Assembly (NCBI GenBank): GCA_963780925.1
Contig: CAWAEV010000041.1
Span: 15,212-79,211 of the forward strand
Source of the DNA: an uncultured Alphaproteobacteria bacterium
GTDB taxonomy: Bacteria > Pseudomonadota > Alphaproteobacteria > Rhizobiales > Xanthobacteraceae
Reading direction: 5' to 3'
Length of the DNA: 64,000 nucleotides
Below the pieces are notes generated by a model that searched no databases, had not been told where the DNA came from, and worked only from the letters and a program-made list of their open reading frames with translations. Shown piece after piece: positions 57,093 to 64,000 of this stretch (positions are counted from its first letter, which is position 1; each line of letters begins with the position of its first letter). The translations under genes were made by a program, and so were the position numbers.

Positions 57093-58424
57093 ATGAGTTC
57101 CACCCGCCAACTACGCCTCGGCGCGTTCATGCGGCCGGCGTCGATTCATACCGGGGCGTGGCGTTATCCCGGCGCCTGGCCGGACATGAATTTCAATTAC
57201 GCGCATATCAAGGAAGCGATCCAGAAGCTGGAGCGGGCGAAGTTCGACGCTTTTTTCATGGCCGACCACATGGCCGTGCTCAATATGCCGATGGATGCGT
57301 TGAAACGCAGCCACACCTCGACCTCGTTCGAGCCGTTCACGCTGTTGTCGGCGCTGTCGCAGGTCACCGAGCGCATCGGGCTCGTCGCCACGGGCTCGAC
57401 CACGTTCGATGCGCCCTATCACATCGCGCGGCGTTTCGCTTCGCTCGATCATTTGTCGGGCGGCCGCGCCGGCTGGAACATCGTCACCACCTCCAATCCG
57501 GACGCCGCGCTCAATTTCGGGCTGGACGAGCATATGGAGCACGGCGAGCGCTATCGCCGCGCGCGCGAGTTTTACGAGGTGGTGACCGGGCTATGGGACA
57601 GTTGGGCGGACGATGCCTTCGTCCGCGACGTCGAGGATGGCATTTTCTTCGATCCGGCGAAAATGCACGTGCTCGATCACAAGGGCAAATATTTTTCGGT
57701 GCGCGGCCCGCTCAATATCGCGCGGCCGATCCAGGGCTGGCCGGTGATCGTGCAGGCCGGCGCGTCGGAATCCGGCCGGCAGCTTGCGGCGGAAACCGCG
57801 GAGGCGGTGTTCACCGCGCAGAGCGACCTGGCAGTCGGCCGGCAATTCTATGCCGACGTGAAGGGCCGCATGGAGAAGCTCGGCCGCTCACGCGAGCACA
57901 TGAAAATCCTGCCCGCCTGCTTTGTCGTCGTCGGCGACACGGTCGAGGAGGCGAAGGCGAAACGCGCCAAGCTCGACAGCCTGGTGAATTACGCCAATGC
58001 CATTGCGTCGCTGTCAATCGCGCTCGGCCACGACGCTGCCAAATTCGATCCGGATGGGCCGCTGCCGGACAATATTCCGGAGAGCAACGCGTCGAAGAGC
58101 GGACGGGAGCGCGCCATTGCGCTCGCCAAGCGCGAGAACCTGACCGTGCGCCAGCTGGCGCAGCGGCTCGGCGGCTATTCCGGCCTTGCCATGGTCGGCA
58201 CGCCGCAAACGATCGCCGATGAGATGGAGGAATGGCTCGAAACCGAGGGCTCCGACGGCTTCACCGTAATGTTCCCCTATCTGCCCGGCGGGCTCGACGA
58301 CTTTGTCGAGCGCGTCGTGCCGGAATTGCAGCGGCGCGGTCTGTTCCGCCGCGACTACGAAGGCACCACGCTGCGCGAACATCTCGGCTTGCCGCGGCCG
58401 AAGAACAGGTTTTTCCAGAATTAG
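57093..58424 (+). CDS. LLM-class flavin-dependent monooxygenase (NtaA/SnaA/DszA family)
   Basis: LRLGAFMRPASIHTGAWRYPGA...GRAGWNIVTS-type motif. Confidence 0.9.
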   Translation: MSSTRQLRLGAFMRPASIHTGAWRYPGAWPDMNFNYAHIKEAIQKLERAKFDAFFMADHMAVLNMPMDALKRSHTSTSFEPFTLLSALSQVTERIGLVATGSTTFDAPYHIARRFASLDHLSGGRAGWNIVTTSNPDAALNFGLDEHMEHGERYRRAREFYEVVTGLWDSWADDAFVRDVEDGIFFDPAKMHVLDHKGKYFSVRGPLNIARPIQGWPVIVQAGASESGRQLAAETAEAVFTAQSDLAVGRQFYADVKGRMEKLGRSREHMKILPACFVVVGDTVEEAKAKRAKLDSLVNYANAIASLSIALGHDAAKFDPDGPLPDNIPESNASKSGRERAIALAKRENLTVRQLAQRLGGYSGLAMVGTPQTIADEMEEWLETEGSDGFTVMFPYLPGGLDDFVERVVPELQRRGLFRRDYEGTTLREHLGLPRPKNRFFQN

Positions 58425-58508
58425 CCCGCTGCGGCCGGTCGAATTGCGGGCGATTCCAACACGCCATAGAGTAGGGGTTCGCCCGCGACTTTGGCCGGAG
58501 GAAACGCA

Positions 58509-59822
58509 ATGGCGGAGCTAAATCTGCGCCCGCGCCCGCACGACCGGCCTGATCCGATCGAGACGGCGAGCATCGATGAATTGCGCGCGCTGCAGCTGCG
58601 GCGACTTAAGACGGCCGTTGCGCACGCGGCGCAAGTGCCGCATTATCAAAAGGCGTTTGCGGCGGCGGGGCTCAAGCCCGGCGACGTGAACAGCCTCGAC
58701 GACCTCGCCAAGCTGCCCTTCACCGCCAAGGAAGACTTACGGCAGAACTACCCGTTCGGCATGTTCGCCGTGCCGATGAACGAGATCGTGCGCATCCACG
58801 CTTCCAGCGGCACCACCGGCAAGCCGACGGTGGTCGGCTATACCCGTGGCGACATCGACATGTGGGCCATGCTGATGGCGCGCTCGATCCGCGCCGCCGG
58901 CGGGCGGCCTGGCGACAAGATGCACATCGCCTATGGCTATGGCCTGTTCACCGGAGGCTTAGGCTTTCACTACGGCGCCGAATATCTCGGTTGCGCCGTG
59001 ATTCCCGTGAGCGGGGGTTTTACCGAGCGCCAAGTCCAGCTCATCGTCGACTTCCAACCGGATCTCATCGCGGTCACGCCGTCTTATCTGCTCGCCATTG
59101 CCGACGAGTTCGACCGTCAAGGCCTCGACGCGCGCAAATCGTCGCTGCGCATTGCGCTGCTCGGCGCGGAACCGTGGACCGAGGGCATGCGCGCCGAGAT
59201 CGAGCGGCGGTTGGATCTCGACGCCGTCAATGTCTATGGCCTGTCGGAAGTGATTGGGCCCGGCGTCGCCCAGGAATATGCCGATGCCAAGGACGGGCTG
59301 ACTGTCTGGGAGGATCATTTTTTTCCCGAAATCATCGACCCCGATACTGGCAAAGCGCTGCCCGACGGCGAGGAAGGCGAACTGGTGCTGACCTCGTTGA
59401 CCAAAGAAGCTATGCCGGTCATCCGCTATCGCACCCGCGATCTGACACGCCTTCTTCCGGGCAATGAGCGCGCTATGCGCCGCATCGAGCGCATCAAGGG
59501 CCGCAGCGACGACATGCTGATCATCCGCGGCGTGAACGTGTTTCCGAGCCAGATCGAGGCGGCGCTGGCCACGGAACAGATGTTCGCGCCGCATTACATT
59601 CTCGAAGTAACGCGGCCCGACCGGCTGGACGAGCTTGCCGTGATCGTCGAAACGCGCGACGCGCTGCCGCCGGATGCGATGATGGTGCTGGCGGACCGCG
59701 GCGCACATCTTATCAAGGCTCGGGTCGGCGTGACCACGACGGTGCGCACGGTGGCGCCCGGCAGCATCGAACGGTCGCAAGGCAAAGCCAAACGCGTCAT
59801 CGACAAGCGACCGCGGAATTGA
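58509..59822 (+). CDS. paaK: Phenylacetate-CoA ligase family (PaaK-like)
   Basis: IHASSGTTGKPTVVGYT, YGLSE, and a C-terminal ACT-like end. GGAGGA RBS before ATG 58509. Confidence 0.85.
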   Translation: MAELNLRPRPHDRPDPIETASIDELRALQLRRLKTAVAHAAQVPHYQKAFAAAGLKPGDVNSLDDLAKLPFTAKEDLRQNYPFGMFAVPMNEIVRIHASSGTTGKPTVVGYTRGDIDMWAMLMARSIRAAGGRPGDKMHIAYGYGLFTGGLGFHYGAEYLGCAVIPVSGGFTERQVQLIVDFQPDLIAVTPSYLLAIADEFDRQGLDARKSSLRIALLGAEPWTEGMRAEIERRLDLDAVNVYGLSEVIGPGVAQEYADAKDGLTVWEDHFFPEIIDPDTGKALPDGEEGELVLTSLTKEAMPVIRYRTRDLTRLLPGNERAMRRIERIKGRSDDMLIIRGVNVFPSQIEAALATEQMFAPHYILEVTRPDRLDELAVIVETRDALPPDAMMVLADRGAHLIKARVGVTTTVRTVAPGSIERSQGKAKRVIDKRPRN

Positions 59823-59825
59823 GCT

Positions 59826-61232
59826 ATGGCAGTGGCACCGAACAAACGTTCGACAGATATCTATGACCATGCCGGTTTGCCGCGCGATGCGGTGGCCCCT
59901 TGGCTTGCTTGCGACGGCGCCGTCGTCGGCGACCTCGGCCGCGATACCGAAAATTTATTGCGGCAATGGCAGATCGGCGCCGAGCTGATCGCGCGCCTGC
60001 CGGCAAAGCCGGCGCGCTCGGATGCGCAGGCGACGGCTGCCGCCGCGATCGTGGCGCGTGACCGCGCAGCGCGGCAAAATTTTCTCTCCGCGCATGTCGA
60101 GGCGCTGTATCGCCGCCTGACCGACGATTTCGCGAAATTCGTGCGTGTCGAAAAATTGGTCCGCGATGCCGCCCGGCTCATGCCTGGCCTGGTGCCCGAC
60201 GACAGCGAGCTTTCGCGCGAGAACGCCTTGCAACAACGCGACAAGGACGGCGCCGAGATCGATCAGGGCTTGTTGCTGTCGCATGTTCTCGCGCATCCGG
60301 CGGCGGGGACGCATCTGTGTCACGCCATGTTGCTGCCGCGGCCGGAGGCGGTCGAACACAGCCGGCGGTTCGCTGAGCGAGGCCAGCTCGCGCTCGATGG
60401 CGCTACCCTCGAGCGCCGCGGCAAGGCGGCGGTCGTGACCATGCGCAATCCGCGCTTTCTCAATGCCGAGGACGAGACTACGCTCGACGGGCTAGAAATC
60501 GCAATCGACGTCGCCACGCTCGATCGCGAAACCGATATTGCCGTGCTGCGCGGCGACACGGTGGAGCATCCGAAATATCGCGGCCGCAACCTGTTCTCGG
60601 CCGGCATCAACCTCACTCACCTCTATCGTGGCAAGATTGCCTACGTCTGGTACATCAAGCGCGACATGGGACTCGTCAATAAGCTGTTTCGCGGCGTCGC
60701 GCGGCCGGACATGAGCCCCGACGAACTCTCCGGCGGCACGATCGAGAAACCGTGGATCGGCGTCGTCGAGGGATTCGCCATCGGCGGCGGCTGCCAGCTT
60801 TTGCTCGCGCTCGATTATGTGCTGGCGGCGAGCGATGCCTACATGACGCTACCGGCACGCAAGGAAGGCATCATACCGGGCGCGGCAAATTTGCGGCTCT
60901 GGCGTTTCACCGGCGACCGCATCGCGCGCCAAGCGATCCTCTACGGCCGCCGGCTCGACTGCGATACGCCGGAGGGACGGCTGGTCTGCGACCAGATCGC
61001 GGCGCCTTCGTCGATCGACGCCGCGCTCGAGCAGGTAATCGACGGCTTTACCAGTTCGGGCGTCGTCAGCGCCGCCGGCAATCGCCGCGCCATTCGCGTC
61101 GGTCAGGAGCCGCTCGATCTGTTCCGCCGCTACATGGCGGTCTATGCCCGCGAGCAGGCCTTCTGCCATTTCAGCCCGGCGCTGATCGCCAATCTCGAGC
61201 GCAACTGGAATGCACAGAATAGGGCAATTTAA
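59826..61232 (+). CDS. Crotonase-superfamily protein with a long N-terminal helical domain, DpgC-like
   Basis: An about 200-aa N-domain, then RNPRFLNAED...FSAGINL...GFAIGGGCQLLLALD...ARKEGIIPGAANLRL. The architecture and motifs match my recollection of (3,5-dihydroxyphenyl)acetyl-CoA 1,2-dioxygenase. Confidence 0.7.
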   Translation: MAVAPNKRSTDIYDHAGLPRDAVAPWLACDGAVVGDLGRDTENLLRQWQIGAELIARLPAKPARSDAQATAAAAIVARDRAARQNFLSAHVEALYRRLTDDFAKFVRVEKLVRDAARLMPGLVPDDSELSRENALQQRDKDGAEIDQGLLLSHVLAHPAAGTHLCHAMLLPRPEAVEHSRRFAERGQLALDGATLERRGKAAVVTMRNPRFLNAEDETTLDGLEIAIDVATLDRETDIAVLRGDTVEHPKYRGRNLFSAGINLTHLYRGKIAYVWYIKRDMGLVNKLFRGVARPDMSPDELSGGTIEKPWIGVVEGFAIGGGCQLLLALDYVLAASDAYMTLPARKEGIIPGAANLRLWRFTGDRIARQAILYGRRLDCDTPEGRLVCDQIAAPSSIDAALEQVIDGFTSSGVVSAAGNRRAIRVGQEPLDLFRRYMAVYAREQAFCHFSPALIANLERNWNAQNRAI

Positions 61233-61305
61233 AGCATGACCCCGAAAAGCCTGCCCTCGGACTTGATCCGGGGGCGGATACCGGTTTTCGGAAAAGACCA
61301 TGCTT
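61232..61305. repeat. GAGCATGATC-family repeat, inverted orientation, with a nested insertion
   Basis: AAGCATGACCCCGAAAAGC...CCGGTTTTCGGAAAAGACCATGCTT. The interior CTCGGACTTGATCCGGGGG resembles the 6826 hairpin. Confidence 0.6.
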
Positions 61306-61313
61306 CACTAAGA

Positions 61314-62330
61314 TTATCTTGCCGCCGCGAAATTCATCTGGTCGAAGCGGCCCCGCTGGGCGTCGTCCAGCTTGTTTTCGAAGTTCGCCAGCGCGACCTG
61401 AATCGACAGCAGCGAGCGCCAGGTCGCATCGAGCCGCGCTTCGATGGCGTCCAAACGTGCGAGCGCAGCAGGCGGCACGGTCGTCGGACAATGCGCGTCG
61501 AGATCGTCGACGGCCTTGCCGAAAGCCTGTCTGACACTGTCCAAGGCCGGCCGTTGCGCATCGGTCGGCTGCACCGATTTATCGATCTGATCGATCGTCG
61601 CGTCGATTGCGGTGGACGACCCGCCGCAAGACGGAGCGATCGCGGCGGACTGACTTTCATGATCGGCGGTCGGGGGGCCCGCCGGGACGGCCGCGAACTT
61701 CACTCTCTGCTCGTCGGTGAGCGATTGTTCGAAATCCTGCAGCGGCTGGCGAACGATAGCGACCGCCATGGTCAGTTCCTCAATCTGCAACTCCATCAGC
61801 TGCAGGCGGGCAACGGGCTGCGCCGGAAGCTCGGTCGGGCACACCTTTGCCAGGAAACCGTCTGCCGCGCCGAGTGCGCCGCCGAGCTTCTGCAACAGCT
61901 GCACCTGGTCGGCGCTCGGCGTCACTTCGGCCTGAACGCGTGCAACGATGGCATTGGCATCGACGGACGGCTGGCACAGCCGGCGGTCTTCGCTTGCCGG
62001 CAGCTTCGCAAAGGCGGTCGAGAAAATGCGGTCATAGCCGAGCGGCCACGGCGACGCATAATCGGGGAAGAACACGTTTTGGAAGATCGCGGGCAAAGCA
62101 AGGTTCGGATAAAGCAGCGCTGACGTCACGCCTTGGGGAGACTCGGAGTGCGCGACGTCGGGCCGGCTGGCCCGCATATAGAGGTGATGGTGAAATCGAA
62201 AATGCGGAAAATAAAACGGCACGCCGATATGGAACGAGCCAAGACGCAGGCCAAAGGCCGCGGCAGGCGACGAACCAAAAATAATGGCTGAAAGCGCCGC
62301 TACCGCAAGAGAAGCGCCGACCTTTCGCAT
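61314..62330 (-). CDS. Periplasmic Spy/CpxP-like (LTxxQ) protein
   Basis: Signal peptide, His-rich PHFRFHHHLY, and two LTxxQ-type motifs (SLTDEQRVKF, KLDDAQRGRF). Confidence 0.55.
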   Translation of the reverse strand: MRKVGASLAVAALSAIIFGSSPAAAFGLRLGSFHIGVPFYFPHFRFHHHLYMRASRPDVAHSESPQGVTSALLYPNLALPAIFQNVFFPDYASPWPLGYDRIFSTAFAKLPASEDRRLCQPSVDANAIVARVQAEVTPSADQVQLLQKLGGALGAADGFLAKVCPTELPAQPVARLQLMELQIEELTMAVAIVRQPLQDFEQSLTDEQRVKFAAVPAGPPTADHESQSAAIAPSCGGSSTAIDATIDQIDKSVQPTDAQRPALDSVRQAFGKAVDDLDAHCPTTVPPAALARLDAIEARLDATWRSLLSIQVALANFENKLDDAQRGRFDQMNFAAAR

Positions 62331-62411
62331 GATCAGGCACCCAATTGTTGAAGCACAATCTCGGAAAACGGACTATTGCTTGTCGGATTAGATCACGCCC
62401 GACTGAACTAT

Positions 62412-63725
62412 TCAACGCGCAACAGGGCCGAGCGGTTCCATGCGCTCGTGGAGCTCGACGGACTCGCCTTGGCGCTTATTTCCGAGGCGTAAAAGCGGCA
62501 CCAGCACGAAGGCGAAGGCGGTAAAGGCCGCGGAAATCAGGATCAGCGGCGGCAACGACTTGTGGAAAACGTGGGTGTAAAGAAACGAGCCGATATTGTC
62601 GGCAAGCGTCGTCGCGAGATTGATGATCGACATCAGTATGGCAAAGGAAAATCCCTCCGCGCGCTTCGGGCAATAGTCGGCGGCCAGCGTGATGGTCGCC
62701 ACGGTCGCGAGCATCGCGGCGAAGCCGGCGCCGAAGCTGATAACCGCCGCGGCCGGCTCATTCCAAAAGAACAGGAATGCCATCGTCGCCACCGTGCCGA
62801 TAGCGATGCTCAAATTGAGGAGTTTCTTCAAGGTCAGGCTGCCGAAGAACTTCCGGTACACCAGCGCGCCGACGACCCAGCCGGCCGAACCAATCGATCC
62901 CAACACCCCGATATAGGCTTGAGAAAATTGCAGATCGTCGGTCATGTGATAGTAGAGCGGCGTGCTCATTCCGGGGCTAAAATAATAAAGAAAGATGAAG
63001 CCGGCGACGATCCACAACTGCCGCCGGTCGAAAGCCATCATCAGGCCGCGGAACGAATCTTTCATGCCTTGGACGTCGACCCGCCTTTTTTTCTCGGGAA
63101 TCAAAAACACGGTGCCGGCGATGACGGCAAACGGCGCGCACGCGACGATGGCGGCGGCAACATGGAGCGCTGCGGCCGGGGCGAGGCGCTGTACCAGTTG
63201 GCCGCCGACGATAGCGGCCGTCATGGCGGCAATGTTGTACCAAAGCCATTGCTGATTGACGAAAGTCCCGCTCTGGCTCAGCCTTTGACCGTTTTCGACC
63301 AGCACCGCGCCGCACAAAGTGCTCGATATCGCCATCGCGTAGGCCGTGAGCATAAGCGCGAATGCAATGTCGGTCGGCTTGACAAGGTCGGTGACCCAGA
63401 AATATCCGCCGATCGCAGCGACATTGGCGATGATCAGGTAGCTTTTGCGCCGATAGCCGAACACCGGCACGAAGTCCGAAATGATGCCGTAGACGGGCTT
63501 GATGATCCACGGCAAGTTGAAAGCGGTGAAAAAGGCGGTGACCTGGACCGGCGTCCAACCGTGAACTTGCTTCAGATAATAGGTCAGCGGCTGGGAGATC
63601 AGGCCGACGACCTGGCCGAGTCCCTCGACGACATAAACGAGCGCAAAAAAGATGAGCAACTGGCTGATATCGGCCTTGCGTTCCGGCATCTCGGCGGCCG
63701 GTACGGCAAGTGGCTGCTCGTTCAT
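62412..63725 (-). CDS. MFS transporter, folate-biopterin (BT1) family-like
   Basis: 12 TM helices. NLPWIIKPVYGIISDFVPVFGYRRKSY is typical of BT1. Confidence 0.85.
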   Translation of the reverse strand: MNEQPLAVPAAEMPERKADISQLLIFFALVYVVEGLGQVVGLISQPLTYYLKQVHGWTPVQVTAFFTAFNLPWIIKPVYGIISDFVPVFGYRRKSYLIIANVAAIGGYFWVTDLVKPTDIAFALMLTAYAMAISSTLCGAVLVENGQRLSQSGTFVNQQWLWYNIAAMTAAIVGGQLVQRLAPAAALHVAAAIVACAPFAVIAGTVFLIPEKKRRVDVQGMKDSFRGLMMAFDRRQLWIVAGFIFLYYFSPGMSTPLYYHMTDDLQFSQAYIGVLGSIGSAGWVVGALVYRKFFGSLTLKKLLNLSIAIGTVATMAFLFFWNEPAAAVISFGAGFAAMLATVATITLAADYCPKRAEGFSFAILMSIINLATTLADNIGSFLYTHVFHKSLPPLILISAAFTAFAFVLVPLLRLGNKRQGESVELHERMEPLGPVAR

Positions 63726-63761
63726 CTGATCGGTGCCTGAGGGATTCTTACGGGTCCCAAT

Positions 63762-64000
63762 CTAATATCTCGCCGGAGGATTCGCGTCGATGGCGGCAGG
63801 GTCATCGATACCGAGCTTTTGAACGATCGTCTCGACAATCTCGCGGGGGTGCGGAACGATGGAAACGACGATGGGCCGTTCGTCCGCCTGGGGCGGTTCC
63901 AGCGCCTTAAACTGGCTGTCGAGCAAGCCAGGCGGCATGAAATGATCGGCGCGTGCGACGATCCGCTGCGCAATGAGATCGCGGTCGCCTTGTAGAAAAA
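63762..64000 (-). CDS. Gluconokinase-like protein, C-terminal part; partial, runs off the window
   Basis: The reverse frame gives ...LQGDRDLIAQRIVARADHFMPPGLLDSQFKALEPPQADERPIVVSI... ending at TAG (63762-63764). Confidence 0.6.
   Translation of the reverse strand, partial: FLQGDRDLIAQRIVARADHFMPPGLLDSQFKALEPPQADERPIVVSIVPHPREIVETIVQKLGIDDPAAIDANPPARY

Overview
High-G+C alphaproteobacterial chromosome, probably Hyphomicrobiales of the Bradyrhizobium/Afipia type judging by gene content and small palindromic repeats. Most of the window is housekeeping or conserved core: thrS, folE, hisI, nadK, cutA, yidD, a NifU-like scaffold, tRNA-Thr(UGU), CitE-like and MaoC enzymes, an Hpt plus receiver pair, DUF2336, and several hydrolases and monooxygenases. 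Two accessory regions stand out. (1) About 11.8-25.1 kb is a lower-G+C, heavily decayed island bracketed by an exact 13-bp direct repeat. It sits between a PAS-like gene and a PilZ/BTLCP gene pair. It holds a truncated integrase fused in frame to an IS3 transposase fragment, a small FimB/FimE-like recombinase, a group II intron RT remnant and an intact IS1182/IS5-like element. It also holds gene fragments, a Tyr/Gly-rich tandem-repeat secreted protein and a PEP-CTERM-like protein. (2) About 28.1-35.2 kb is a tight same-strand cluster: OmpR-type RR, HK, thermostable-hemolysin-family protein, adenylate-forming ligase, heme-oxygenase-like di-iron enzyme, SDR, secreted TPR-like protein and methyltransferase. 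It matches no characterised pathway I know and is my best candidate for an undescribed small-molecule or signal system. Other observations: a PaaK plus DpgC-like dioxygenase pair, a higBA-type TA pair, several MITE/REP-like palindromic repeat families, orphan terminators and a possible sRNA. There are also frameshifts in cysE, a membrane protein gene and a USP gene, which may be real decay or assembly indels. All calls rest on reading the translations and the DNA by eye; no database search was run.
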